DNA from: Methanothermococcus sp. Ax23
Lineage (GTDB): Archaea > AGJL01 > Methanococci > Methanococcales > Methanococcaceae
NCBI RefSeq assembly: GCF_049075655.1
Contig: NZ_CP157522.1
Span: 1 to 64,000, forward strand
DNA: 64,000 bases
Direction: 5' to 3'
Part shown: positions 10,828 through 21,533 of the stretch, piece after piece
How the letters are laid out: each line of letters starts with the position of its first letter
Position numbering within the stretch: the first letter of the stretch is position 1
The notes under the pieces: model-generated
Databases searched by the model: none
What the model saw: the letters and a program-made list of their open reading frames with translations, nothing else
What the model was told of the DNA's origin: nothing
Position numbers and translations under genes: made by a program

Positions 10828-13038
10828 ATGAGGGATGAGCTCATGAAATTCAATATAAAATCCATAGGGAAAAAGATTACACTACTGTGTGTATTTACGG
10901 CTGTTGTTTCGCTATTAATTTGTAGCACAGCCACAATACATGAAACGTCACAATTTGGAGATAATTTGCTATTAGATAATCTAAATGAAAACATGCAAAT
11001 TATGGAGCATGTAATTTCCGGAAAATTAGATAGATTGAGCGATATTGGTTCAAATAAAGCAAAAATAATAGCAGATATTGGAATAAATGATACAGAAAGT
11101 TTGAAATATCAAGCTAAATTGGCTAAAAATGCCGCAGGAGCTGATTTTGCAATAATTACCGATAAAAATGGAAATGTAATTGCCGATTCAAATGGCAAAA
11201 GTGTAGGTTCGAAAGTTTGTTATCCAATAGCATCTAAGGCCATATCAGGTAAAATTATAAAAGGTTTTGAAATAATAGACGCAGAAAGCATGGAAAAAGA
11301 AGGACTTTCAAATCTTCAAGTTGGAGGGGAAAAAAGAGGGCTGGCATTAGTTTATGCTCAACCATTGAAAGACAGCAATGGCAATACTGTTGGGTCATTA
11401 TTGTTAGCTGATGTTCTAAATAATGATTATAATATTGTAGATACTGTAAGTTCAGACAATTCAGTTGCTACCATATTCTTAGACAACCTAAGGGTTTCCA
11501 CAAGTGTTGTAAAAGATGGAAAAAGAGCCATAGGAACTGTTGCATCTGATGCGGTATATGATGTCGTTAAGGATGGAGAAGAATATGTTGGAGATGCCGA
11601 TGTGGTTGGCATACCTATGAAAACACTTTATAAACCTATAAAAGATGATGATGGCAAAGTTATTGGAATGATTTTCATAGGAACTCCCAAAAGTGCTTTA
11701 ATTAATAGTTTAAACAACATCAAACTCATGACAGCAGGTATTGTGATTTTAGCCATAATAATAAGTATTGTCATTTCCACAATGGTTGGTAGAACCATCA
11801 CAAGACCTATTAGGGAACTTATGGAAATCGCAGGAGAGGTTGCAAAAGGAAACTACGATGTTAGTGTAAATATAAAAAGTGAAGATGAAATTGGAGAATT
11901 GGCCAAATCATTCAATAAAATGATTAAAGATATAAAAAATCATATTGAAACACAAAAACAGAATAATAAAACTATGAACCTATTGTTCAAAGAAATCACA
12001 GATACAATGACCAAAGTGGCAAATGGAGATTTAACTGTAAGAATGGACGAAAATGGGGAGTACGCCAAACTTCAAAAAACCATCAATACTGCAATAAGTA
12101 ATGTACAAACCCTGACAAAAGAACTAAAATCTCAAATAATCAACTTAAACAGGGAAATAGAATCATTAAAAGATGGAATCGAAAGAGCAAAGGAAACTTC
12201 AGACCAGGTGGCAGATGCAGCTTCACAGGTTGCTACAGCAGCAACTGACCAATCTACAAAATTACAGGATGTTTCACAAGACTTGGAAAACACAGGAGAA
12301 GTTGCTGATAATGTTTACAATGCAGCTGTGGAAGCTGTGGAATCAGCGAATGAAATTGAGGAGAATTCAGAAACTGGAGTTAAGAAAGTAGAAAATGCAA
12401 TAGACACCATGCAGAGAATAGCAAACGTAATAGACAACTTAGGAAGAGCCATCCAAGGGCTCGGAGATGAGAGCAAGAAAATCAACGAAGTTACGGTACT
12501 CATCAAGGATATTGCTGAACAAACTGGATTATTGGCTTTAAACGCTTCTATTGAAGCGGCAAGAGCAGGAGAGGCTGGAAAAGGATTTGCAGTTGTTGCA
12601 AGTGAAATTAAATCACTTGCAGAAGAGATTGGAAAATCTGTTGATGATATAAACAAAACAATCACTGGAATACAGGGTCAGGTTGAAAAGACCATTGATT
12701 TGGGATTAACTGGTAAAGATGAAGTTGATAAAGGAGTTGTAGCAATAGATGAGGTAAATAATGCATTTATGAAAATTAAAGAAAGTGTAGATAAAACAGC
12801 TGAAAAGATAATTGCAATGAAAGAAGGTGCGAAACAGGCGTCAGATAATGTACAGCAGGCTTTAAGAAACGTTCAGGATATCGCTTCAATATCCGAAGAG
12901 TTTGCTGCAACAGCTGAAGAATTAACAGCAAGTGCAGAAGAACAAAATAGAATCATGGATGAAATAAGCAATGCAACTGAAAAAATAGCAGATGTTTCAG
13001 AGAACGTATCTGAATCAGTCAATAAATTTAAAGTTTAA
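10828..13038 (+). CDS. methyl-accepting chemotaxis protein with Cache-type extracellular sensor, HAMP and MCP signalling domain
   Basis: two TM helices, [32 protein letters not shown] Cache-like motifs, [17 protein letters not shown]; start may be 10843. Confidence 0.92.
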   Translation: MRDELMKFNIKSIGKKITLLCVFTAVVSLLICSTATIHETSQFGDNLLLDNLNENMQIMEHVISGKLDRLSDIGSNKAKIIADIGINDTESLKYQAKLAKNAAGADFAIITDKNGNVIADSNGKSVGSKVCYPIASKAISGKIIKGFEIIDAESMEKEGLSNLQVGGEKRGLALVYAQPLKDSNGNTVGSLLLADVLNNDYNIVDTVSSDNSVATIFLDNLRVSTSVVKDGKRAIGTVASDAVYDVVKDGEEYVGDADVVGIPMKTLYKPIKDDDGKVIGMIFIGTPKSALINSLNNIKLMTAGIVILAIIISIVISTMVGRTITRPIRELMEIAGEVAKGNYDVSVNIKSEDEIGELAKSFNKMIKDIKNHIETQKQNNKTMNLLFKEITDTMTKVANGDLTVRMDENGEYAKLQKTINTAISNVQTLTKELKSQIINLNREIESLKDGIERAKETSDQVADAASQVATAATDQSTKLQDVSQDLENTGEVADNVYNAAVEAVESANEIEENSETGVKKVENAIDTMQRIANVIDNLGRAIQGLGDESKKINEVTVLIKDIAEQTGLLALNASIEAARAGEAGKGFAVVASEIKSLAEEIGKSVDDINKTITGIQGQVEKTIDLGLTGKDEVDKGVVAIDEVNNAFMKIKESVDKTAEKIIAMKEGAKQASDNVQQALRNVQDIASISEEFAATAEELTASAEEQNRIMDEISNATEKIADVSENVSESVNKFKV
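12085..13038 (+). repeat. signalling-domain duplication, copy 2
   Basis: matches 9516-10469; a more diverged third copy lies at about 7007-7790. Confidence 0.93.
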
Positions 13039-13074
13039 ATATATATTTTTTCTAATATTTATTTTGGTGATACT

Positions 13075-13896
13075 ATGGATAATAATGATATATATTTCAA
13101 TAAAATAATGAGAGAAATTAAACTAAAATTAAAAATCAATATAGAACAATATAAAGAAGCATATATTAAAAGAAGAATTGCAGTCAGAATGAGAGCATGT
13201 AAATGTAAAACATATAGAGAATATTATGAATATCTGATTAAAAACAATCCTGACGAATATAAAAAATTAGAAAATACATTAACTGTAAATGTTACAGAAT
13301 TTTGGAGAGATAGAACGGTTTATAAAGAGATAACCAACATACTTGAAAACATGATTTCCGATAAAACTACAAGGTCCATACGTATATGGAGTGCAGGATG
13401 TTCATCAGGGGAAGAACCCTATGGTATTGCAATAATAATAGACAAACTCCTTGAAAAATATAATAGAAGATTTATGAGAGTTTCAATTACTGGAACTGAC
13501 ATAGATAAAAAAATACTAGAAAGAGCTAAAAAAGGTATATATATTAATAAACAGCTAAAAAATATGGATTCAGCAACAATATCAAAATATTTTCATAAGT
13601 TAAATGAGCAAGAATATCAAATTAAAGAACAGGTAAAAAAATATGTTCAATTTAAACAGCATGATTTAATAAAGCAGCCTCCTTTAAAACATATGGATAT
13701 GATTCTTTGTAGAAATGTTATAATATATTTTGATAAACAACTTCAAGAAAAGCTATTTTTAAAATTCTACGAAGGTCTTAATAAAGAGGGGTATTTGATT
13801 CTCGGAAAAACGGAAATATTGCACGGGGAAGCTAGAGACCTTTTCAAACCCGTAAACCACAGAGAAAGAATTTACCAAAAAAAACATAAATCCTAA
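13075..13896 (+). CDS. cheR: chemotaxis protein-glutamate O-methyltransferase
   Basis: VNVTEFWRD, IWSAGCSSGEEPY, GTDID, ILCRNVIIYF. Confidence 0.96.
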   Translation: MDNNDIYFNKIMREIKLKLKINIEQYKEAYIKRRIAVRMRACKCKTYREYYEYLIKNNPDEYKKLENTLTVNVTEFWRDRTVYKEITNILENMISDKTTRSIRIWSAGCSSGEEPYGIAIIIDKLLEKYNRRFMRVSITGTDIDKKILERAKKGIYINKQLKNMDSATISKYFHKLNEQEYQIKEQVKKYVQFKQHDLIKQPPLKHMDMILCRNVIIYFDKQLQEKLFLKFYEGLNKEGYLILGKTEILHGEARDLFKPVNHRERIYQKKHKS

Positions 13897-13937
13897 AAAA
13901 TAATATATTAATAATTTTTTTATTTGATAAACAAAAC

Positions 13938-14543
13938 TTATAGTTTATCAAGGTTTTCAATAGTGTCTGCACTAATTAAAACCAAAATATTGCAATTTAT
14001 AGGGAATTTTCCCACAATATCTATTTTATTATCAAATACAAGAGAAATATCCAAATCCTCTTCCATTTCAACAATTAATGATTCAACTACTGAAAATCCA
14101 CTATCTTTAATAAATTCAGGGGTTGTAATATTTATTTCATCATTTAAAGCATTTGCAAAAACATTTAAAAACGCAGCTACCACGATATTTGCCACCTCAT
14201 TCACTAGGGAAACCTCCATTTCAGAATAATCTGGTAAATCTGATCTATTTACCAAACTGTCCCAGAGAATATCAAGGAGGAGGAGTTTCTCCAATCTCAC
14301 GGCGTCTTCTTCTGGCAACATCATTAAAGTCCTACCTGAAAGCACTCCATTAAAATCGATACGAACAATTTTACAGGTCTCATCTCCAAACTGTTCGGGT
14401 AAATGCTCCACAGGTACAAATCGTGTCCCTAAAAACTGAACTTCAGCATTTTCCCCAGTTAATTCACTAAACGTCTTAGCAATATTCGCTGATGCATCTC
14501 GTCCTATATTTGTTATTTTTCTCATCGATTCTAAAATACTCAT
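13938..14543 (-). CDS. cheC: CheC-family chemotaxis phosphatase
   Basis: EVANIVVAAFLNVFAN CheC motif; located in che cluster. Confidence 0.85.
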   Translation of the reverse strand: MSILESMRKITNIGRDASANIAKTFSELTGENAEVQFLGTRFVPVEHLPEQFGDETCKIVRIDFNGVLSGRTLMMLPEEDAVRLEKLLLLDILWDSLVNRSDLPDYSEMEVSLVNEVANIVVAAFLNVFANALNDEINITTPEFIKDSGFSVVESLIVEMEEDLDISLVFDNKIDIVGKFPINCNILVLISADTIENLDKL

Positions 14544-14602
14544 TAATAACCCCCCTGACTTTAATTTATTTAATTTTACAGGTTGTTTATTAGATTATTA
14601 GA

Positions 14603-15319
14603 TTATAATTTTTGAAATAACACATTTATTGAATCTGAAGGCATCACAATCAATACTTCAAACCCAGAACCAATTCCATGGGAAAAGAGCTCAGACTTGA
14701 ATGTCAATACTATATCGTTATCACCCACCTTACAACTTTTAAATACTTTTTCAATTATCTCCTTTTCGGAGCCCTTGATAAAGTATGGTGGGGTCATACT
14801 TAACGAGGTATTTATAAAATTAGCGAGGGTATCCACATAAGCAGATATAAGTAAATTGCAAGTCTCATTAATAGCAGAAATCTTCATTTCATTAAAATCA
14901 TCTTCATCATCATCCATGCCCATTTCTGCAAGCATGGATTTTGACAATTTTAACGCAGACTCTTCTGAAAATATTAAAACACCTATTCCAGTTATATCTC
15001 CACTAAATTTAATACCTGTAAATATCTTATAATCATCTTTAATTTCTTCTTTAATTTCGGAAGGGGTAGTAAGTACGACATTAACTACTCCAACCTCCAC
15101 AGGATTTCCAGTCATATCGGTTATAAAGCCAGCAGCTTTTTCAGCAGCAGACTTTCCAATTTCTTCAATCCTACTTAATTCATTTACACGAAAGTTTTTT
15201 ATAAAATTAGACTTTTCAGATGACATTTTTTCATCCATTGCTTTCATCTCTTCGTTGATTATGCTCTGCATTATAGTATTCCATGAATTAGGCGATATAC
15301 ATACATTGCCAATTTTCAT
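14603..15319 (-). CDS. cheC: CheC-family chemotaxis phosphatase
   Basis: SAINETCNLLISAY motif, FSGDITG; adjacent to cheY. Confidence 0.87.
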   Translation of the reverse strand: MKIGNVCISPNSWNTIMQSIINEEMKAMDEKMSSEKSNFIKNFRVNELSRIEEIGKSAAEKAAGFITDMTGNPVEVGVVNVVLTTPSEIKEEIKDDYKIFTGIKFSGDITGIGVLIFSEESALKLSKSMLAEMGMDDDEDDFNEMKISAINETCNLLISAYVDTLANFINTSLSMTPPYFIKGSEKEIIEKVFKSCKVGDNDIVLTFKSELFSHGIGSGFEVLIVMPSDSINVLFQKL

Positions 15320-15358
15320 AATAACCCTTTTAAAATTTATAATTAAAATATATAAATA

Positions 15359-15730
15359 TTATGAGAATAATTTATTAAGTTGTTCGAGGATTTTTGGGGC
15401 TTGAAAAGGCTTAACTATATATCCATCTGCACCCGCATCTATGGCTTCAATCATCTTTTTCTCCTGGTCAACTGATGTACACATTACTATCTTTATATCT
15501 GGAAACTCCTTTTTTATTTCTCTAGTAGCCTCTATCCCAGTGAGCTCCGGCATTACAATATCCATGGTAATTAAATTAGGTTTTAATTCTCTTGCTTTTT
15601 CGATGGCTTCCTTACCATTTGATGCTTCCCCTACCACAACATATTTGTTTGTTGTAGATAGAATCTTTTTTAAGATATTTCTCATAAATGCAGAGTCATC
15701 AACTACTAGTGTTCTTACAATATCAGACAT
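15359..15730 (-). CDS. cheY: chemotaxis response regulator CheY
   Basis: single receiver domain VVDDSAFMR, MDIVMP, IVKPF; ATG 15730 after GGGTGA. Confidence 0.95.
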   Translation of the reverse strand: MSDIVRTLVVDDSAFMRNILKKILSTTNKYVVVGEASNGKEAIEKARELKPNLITMDIVMPELTGIEATREIKKEFPDIKIVMCTSVDQEKKMIEAIDAGADGYIVKPFQAPKILEQLNKLFS

Positions 15731-15837
15731 TGTTTCACCCAAATTTAGTTTTTACATCATTACTATCGTCCATATAATATATATTATTTTGTAATATATA
15801 TTTTTATGTAGTATCATGTATTTATATCTATGTTTCC

Positions 15838-16893
15838 TTAGAAGTTCGATATGATATAATTGGTAATTGCCCTACCTTTTTCAGTTAATTCTGTTTCTTT
15901 TCTTATCCTTATTAAATCAAGAAATCCCTTATCAATTAATTTTTCCAATACTTTCTCAACTTCATCCACATCTAATCCCATCATAGAGGGTAATTCAAGA
16001 GATGATATCCCCGTGTATAATGCAGCCAATATTTCTTGCTCTTCTGGATCTAACTGTTCGACTTCGCTTTTTATCCTATCCCCGCTCCAACTTTCAGACG
16101 CCAATTGTGATTTCAATTCATCTTCTGTTTTTGGTAATAATTTCTTAACTGAATTGGCATATCTTGTTAGGGTTGCGATATACCTTAAAACAAATAGACG
16201 TTCTTTTTGCGGAATATATATGTATGAAGTCATAGTTTCTCCGCCCTTTATCTGTTTTATTTCAAGAACTTCCAGTTCTTTATCACCATCAATAGTTTTA
16301 TTTTCTATATCCACAGACTCTATGTTATTAAACAAATTATAAACTTTTGGCTTTCCTCCTGTTGTTACAGCCACTGCTAGAACTTGTTCATTAACTACTG
16401 AGACTCCTTTTTTTACAGGTTTTTGTGCAAACACCAAGAATCCATCTTCCCACGTTACTGAGGTATCAACAGAACCTCCCTTAATAATACCATATTGCAC
16501 TTTTACTTCTTTTTTATTTAGCAATACATAAAAAAGCTTTTTTAAAAATGTATTTACCAGCGTTTTTCCATATAATGATGTCTCCGGTGCAAATCCAATT
16601 ATATCCTTATCACTATCTGGAAGTCTTATTGTAATTGAAGAATAATGAGATATATCTTCCAAGGAAGCCTTTGCAATCTCTATGGCTCTCCTAGGTAGTT
16701 CAGCCCCCAAATCCTCTATATATTCAATGTTAGCTTCAATTTTCTTATTGCCGAAATTAAATTCAATTTTATCAGTAAATAAAGTTATTTGAATCTTATT
16801 CCATTTTGTAAATGGATCTCTTAATGTATATGGATTAACAATAATACCCTTACCCTCAAATCTAGCAATCTCTTTAGATTTGGATTTTGCCAT
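15838..16893 (-). CDS. cheF: archaeal chemotaxis adaptor CheF (DUF439) with C-terminal HTH-like region
   Basis: size, position next to cheY, IKGG motif and ILAALYTGISSLELP..EKLIDKG..ELTEKGR tail typical of CheF. Confidence 0.85.
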   Translation of the reverse strand: MAKSKSKEIARFEGKGIIVNPYTLRDPFTKWNKIQITLFTDKIEFNFGNKKIEANIEYIEDLGAELPRRAIEIAKASLEDISHYSSITIRLPDSDKDIIGFAPETSLYGKTLVNTFLKKLFYVLLNKKEVKVQYGIIKGGSVDTSVTWEDGFLVFAQKPVKKGVSVVNEQVLAVAVTTGGKPKVYNLFNNIESVDIENKTIDGDKELEVLEIKQIKGGETMTSYIYIPQKERLFVLRYIATLTRYANSVKKLLPKTEDELKSQLASESWSGDRIKSEVEQLDPEEQEILAALYTGISSLELPSMMGLDVDEVEKVLEKLIDKGFLDLIRIRKETELTEKGRAITNYIISNF

Positions 16894-17164
16894 AAAAATC
16901 ACTCTCTTTTTCTTTTAATTACATATGGAGTTTTAATTTCGTAAAACCGCGCGCTTTTAAATTTTGCACTTACATTGCAAAACGGTTTATATCATAAATA
17001 CCTCTGGATGTATGATTTAAATAAAGTTTTATCTATATCTGCCATTATTAGATTGAATTTTTTATACCATCATGTTTATCACATAGGTTATTATCATATA
17101 ATTAATTTAAATATTATGCATAAATTATATTTATAAATTTCCACCATATACTATTGGTGATTAT

Positions 17165-17662
17165 ATGTTATCAATAGCCACAGCAGAGTGCTTTACACAT
17201 GGGAAAATAGGAACCATAATACATAAAATTGCCTCTGGATATGATGAAGTTAAAGAACATCCATATTATAATTACATCAATGGAAATGTATATGTAATGG
17301 CTTCAATGTTTATTCCATTGAGATACAGTGCCGAGAAACTTTTAAATATCAACCTACCTGACCCAGATTATAAATACAAGTATGCAAAGGCATACTCTGA
17401 AAAGAATGACTTAAAAGTGGCATATTTAATGGCGAAAGGTATTAAAGACATTTTAAATTGTGACATGGCAATAGGGACCACAGCAGGCGTTGGAAGGGGA
17501 GGGATATGTATTTTAACAGATAAAAATGAATACCTATTTACAACAGATGTTTATGGAGACCTTATAAATAGAAAGAACATAATTGAGAGACAAAAAAATG
17601 GCGTTGAAAAAACACTTGATAAGTTTATTGAAATTTTAAAAAAGGAATATGGAATTATGTAG
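17165..17662 (+). CDS. hcgF: FeGP cofactor biosynthesis protein HcgF (UPF0254)
   Basis: IATAECFTHGKIG N-terminus, GTTAGVGRGGI. Confidence 0.85.
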   Translation: MLSIATAECFTHGKIGTIIHKIASGYDEVKEHPYYNYINGNVYVMASMFIPLRYSAEKLLNINLPDPDYKYKYAKAYSEKNDLKVAYLMAKGIKDILNCDMAIGTTAGVGRGGICILTDKNEYLFTTDVYGDLINRKNIIERQKNGVEKTLDKFIEILKKEYGIM

Positions 17663-17746
17663 CAGGAATGCCAATATATAATAAATATTATTAACCATAT
17701 TATATCATAATTAATATAGTTATATAACCACATCGGGTGAAAAAAG

Positions 17747-19162
17747 ATGAAATCCATTATATTGGCAGGGGGAGTAGGTAGTAGATTATGGCCCCTAAGC
17801 AGGGAACATTATCCAAAACAATTTATAAAATTTAAATCATTTAACAAATCGCTTTTTCAGACAACTTTTGAAAGATGCTTAAAACTAAGCAATAATATAG
17901 ACGATATTTATATAATTACAAATGAGATGCATAAATTTTTAGTCTTGGGGCAAATTGAAGAGCTCGGCTATGCTGAGTTTAATGAGGATAATATATTGGT
18001 TGAACCATTTGGAAAAAATACACTTCCAGCAGTATATTATGGAATAAAAGCGATTAAAAATAGAAATAAAAACAATGAAAAGGATGAGAGTAATAAAAAT
18101 AACAATATTGTTGGGATATTCCCATCTGACCATTTAATCGATAAAAATGATGAAGAATTATTCGTAAATACAATAATGAAAGGAAAAAGGATTGCAAAAA
18201 ATTATTTAATAACTTTTGGAATAAGTCCAAATAAGCCACATACTGGATATGGATATATAAAACCGTCAAAGGAATTAGAAGTCGGATACACCGTTGATGA
18301 ATTTAAGGAAAAGCCTGATTTAGAAACCGCAGAGAACTATATTAATAGCGGGTATTTATGGAATAGTGGAATGTTTTTATTTGATGCTGATTTATTCGAA
18401 GAAGAGGTAAAAAAACATAGTCCGGATGTTTATGAAGCATTTAAATTTGATGACATAAGGGAAATATATACCAAGGTTCCGGATATTTCAATAGATTATG
18501 GTATTATGGAAAAATCAGATAATGTTGCAGTTATTCCTTTAAATATAAAATGGAATGATTTAGGAAGTTTTGATGCTTTTTATGATGAATTTAAAAAGGA
18601 TAAAAATGGGAATGTTATTTACGGAGAAAATCTGCTTATTAATTCAAAAAATAATCTGATAAACACATACGATAATAAATTTACTTCATTAATTGATGTA
18701 AATGATTTAATAGTTATTGATACAAAAGACGCATTGATGATTTGTAAAAAAGAGAGCTCTCAAAAAATTAAGGAAGTATTCAATACCTTAAAAACAAAAA
18801 ATGATGAAAGAGTTTTATTCCATAAAACTGTTTATAGACCTTGGGGTTCATATACCATATTAGATGAAGGCAGATTTTATAAAATAAAACGAATTACCGT
18901 TCTTCCGGGAAAAAAGTTAAGCTATCAACTTCACCACCATAGAAGCGAACACTGGATAGTTGTTAAAGGCATGGCTAAGGTTGTTGTCGATGGTAAGGAA
19001 TATTTTGTTAGAAATGGGGAAAGCACATTTGTTAAAAGTGGATTAAAGCATAGATTGGAAAATCCTGGAAAAATACCTCTGGAAGTTATTGAAGCTCAAA
19101 TTGGGGAGTATCTTGAAGAAGATGACATTATTAGATTTAACGATGATTGGGGACGAGAATAG
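17747..19162 (+). CDS. manC: mannose-1-phosphate guanylyltransferase / mannose-6-phosphate isomerase
   Basis: ILAGGVGSRLWPLSR..PKQF, WNSGMF, RPWG, HHHRSEHW cupin. Confidence 0.95.
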   Translation: MKSIILAGGVGSRLWPLSREHYPKQFIKFKSFNKSLFQTTFERCLKLSNNIDDIYIITNEMHKFLVLGQIEELGYAEFNEDNILVEPFGKNTLPAVYYGIKAIKNRNKNNEKDESNKNNNIVGIFPSDHLIDKNDEELFVNTIMKGKRIAKNYLITFGISPNKPHTGYGYIKPSKELEVGYTVDEFKEKPDLETAENYINSGYLWNSGMFLFDADLFEEEVKKHSPDVYEAFKFDDIREIYTKVPDISIDYGIMEKSDNVAVIPLNIKWNDLGSFDAFYDEFKKDKNGNVIYGENLLINSKNNLINTYDNKFTSLIDVNDLIVIDTKDALMICKKESSQKIKEVFNTLKTKNDERVLFHKTVYRPWGSYTILDEGRFYKIKRITVLPGKKLSYQLHHHRSEHWIVVKGMAKVVVDGKEYFVRNGESTFVKSGLKHRLENPGKIPLEVIEAQIGEYLEEDDIIRFNDDWGRE

Positions 19163-19170
19163 GTGAATGA

Positions 19171-19716
19171 ATGAATTTTAAAGATTATTATAACAAATAC
19201 AAGAAAACATTGGAAAAGATATTAACAATTATATTACTAATCCTATTAATCGCTTCAATAGGTTTAACAATATACTTAATTAATGCTCCAAAGATAGGGG
19301 AGAGATTTACAGAATTTTATATATTAAATAAGGATTTGAAGGCTTATGACTATCCTACACAGTTATATAAAAATGAATCTGGTGTGGTAATAATTGGAGT
19401 TAGAAACCTTGAATATACTCCTATGAATTATACAGTATGGGTGTTTTTATCCAACGACACTTATGATTACAATTATTCAATAAATATAACTCCAAAAGAT
19501 AGATGGAATGGGACGCTATCTTATAACTATGCCCTTTCAAAGGAAGTTCATTTGATACATAATGAAACGGCATTGATACCCTTAAATTTTTCGATAGATA
19601 AAATAGGGAAACATAAGGTAGAATATATACTCTCAGTTGGAAATGAAAAAAAGGTTTATAGGGAACTTCATCTTTGGGTAAATGTGTCAGAACCTCGTGA
19701 AAAAAGCCTGATTTAA
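19171..19716 (+). CDS. DUF1616-like membrane-anchored protein
   Basis: one TM then ERFTEFYIL..AYDYP..IGVRNLE..YRELHLWVNV. Confidence 0.75.
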   Translation: MNFKDYYNKYKKTLEKILTIILLILLIASIGLTIYLINAPKIGERFTEFYILNKDLKAYDYPTQLYKNESGVVIIGVRNLEYTPMNYTVWVFLSNDTYDYNYSINITPKDRWNGTLSYNYALSKEVHLIHNETALIPLNFSIDKIGKHKVEYILSVGNEKKVYRELHLWVNVSEPREKSLI

Positions 19717-19778
19717 TATTTAACATTTATTTATTATTTATTGGTTTTATATTCAATGCTTATTTTGGAGGAATTTAC

Positions 19779-20630
19779 ATGATGAATGATAATTTAATCA
19801 AAACTAAGAAACTTGGGAAAAAACCAAAAGATTTTCTCCCTTCGCTTCGTCAGGCGTTATTAAATCTACCAAACACTAAAAAAATTATTGCCGTTGTTGT
19901 TATTATTTTAGGATTAGGATTTTTAAGTTATGGGTATTTTAATAATATAATTCATTTCATAAATTTGGGAATAGGATTGATATTAATTGGATGGGTTGTA
20001 TTGGCATTTTCATATGAAAAATATTTAAAATATGATATAAGTTCTAGTGTTTTTAATGATTATATGGATTTAATTGGAAAATTGATAAAGAGTTTAGATA
20101 TAAAAACCAGTGGAGTAGTTATTCCTCCAAGAGAAAATCTAAAAAATGGCTGTATATTCCTCCCGCTGAATGAAAATTTTAAGATAAACTTTGGCCTACT
20201 CGATGACAGAGTTTTATTCGTAAATTCAGACAATAAAAACGAAATGGGAATAATGTTCTCACCATTGGGGAAGGGTTTTATTAATATACTGAAAAAATAT
20301 GGGGATGGTGAATATATAGACGAAGTAAGAGCTCAGGACAATATCGAGGAATATTTAAATTATTCATTGAATCTTTTTCAGATTGGGGATGATGTTAATG
20401 TAAATTTTGAGGACGACACTGGCAATATCACAATATCCTACAAAATAAACGATAACAATGTATGTAAAAGATTCCAGAAGGAAAATTTGTGCAAAAAATG
20501 CCCGTGTCCAGTATGTGGTTTTATAATATTAAGCCTCGCAAAATCATTGAATAGTATATTAAAAATAGAGGAAATAACCGAAGATAATAAAAATATAATT
20601 ATTAAATTGACGGTGATGGATAATTCATAA
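19779..20630 (+). CDS. hypothetical membrane protein with C-terminal Cys cluster
   Basis: two N-terminal TM helices; C..CKKCPCPVC near C-terminus; palindromic element in the N-terminal coding region. Confidence 0.7.
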   Translation: MMNDNLIKTKKLGKKPKDFLPSLRQALLNLPNTKKIIAVVVIILGLGFLSYGYFNNIIHFINLGIGLILIGWVVLAFSYEKYLKYDISSSVFNDYMDLIGKLIKSLDIKTSGVVIPPRENLKNGCIFLPLNENFKINFGLLDDRVLFVNSDNKNEMGIMFSPLGKGFINILKKYGDGEYIDEVRAQDNIEEYLNYSLNLFQIGDDVNVNFEDDTGNITISYKINDNNVCKRFQKENLCKKCPCPVCGFIILSLAKSLNSILKIEEITEDNKNIIIKLTVMDNS

Positions 20631-20672
20631 TAATCAGTTTAGAGCTCACCTTCATTTCATTCAGGTGATTAA

Positions 20673-20915
20673 ATGAAATATAAGTTAATATTCTTAATTA
20701 TACTTGTATCATATATAACATTTATATCCATTTTTGTAAATGATGTTAAATTGTTCCTTACTTTGTTGCTTATAGGTTTTTTGATACTCTATGAGTTATT
20801 TAGATATTATTTTAAGAAGAGAATTCAGGATAATCTAGATATTATGGCCTATGTAGGTATTGGGATATTTATTATAATAGTATTTCAGAAAATCTTGGAA
20901 ATCCTTAATCGCTAA
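20673..20915 (+). CDS. small hypothetical membrane protein
   Basis: 80 aa, about three hydrophobic segments, AGGTGA RBS. Confidence 0.65.
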   Translation: MKYKLIFLIILVSYITFISIFVNDVKLFLTLLLIGFLILYELFRYYFKKRIQDNLDIMAYVGIGIFIIIVFQKILEILNR

Positions 20916-21514
20916 TGTTTAATTTTATATGCCAGTAAAAATATACCTGTAAATCCTATGATAAGAGATATTTGGGATTTTGGATTGGATATTAAATCTG
21001 GATAAAATACATACAGCATATATATAATAGATATAGGGATGACAACCATTGAAATGGTTTTTAATATTAAAATTTTATTTATTTTATCCAATTCATCCTG
21101 GAAATTTAGATATAATGCATAAATTAAAAATATCACATATACTGCGGTTATCACCAAATTACTAAATTCAAAACCTATTATATTCATTATATAATACAAT
21201 CCCAGTGGAATAATGAAAATTACAGTTTTGGCATCTACACCAATATCTTTTTTTAGGATGGATTCTAAACCTAGTAATGAAGGAATTATTGAATATATCA
21301 GTGCATATATAAAATCTAGCGAAAAAATGTTTTTAACGAATAATTCATTAGATAACCATATTAATACTGCTAAATAAATAATAAACCCTAGAAATTTTTT
21401 AAAATATGTCAGCAATATCGACAGTATGATGCCCATCAATAGGTATTCTTTATAAGGAATATTTAGAAAAATTATCCCTTCCAACAGCAATAAAATTCTA
21501 TACATAATAAACAC
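20912..21514 (-). CDS. hypothetical multi-pass membrane protein
   Basis: strongly hydrophobic; last gene of MoxR/DUF58 run. Confidence 0.7.
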   Translation of the reverse strand: MFIMYRILLLLEGIIFLNIPYKEYLLMGIILSILLTYFKKFLGFIIYLAVLIWLSNELFVKNIFSLDFIYALIYSIIPSLLGLESILKKDIGVDAKTVIFIIPLGLYYIMNIIGFEFSNLVITAVYVIFLIYALYLNFQDELDKINKILILKTISMVVIPISIIYMLYVFYPDLISNPKSQISLIIGFTGIFLLAYKIKH

Positions 21515-21533
21515 TTTTAGATTTTTTATCTTT

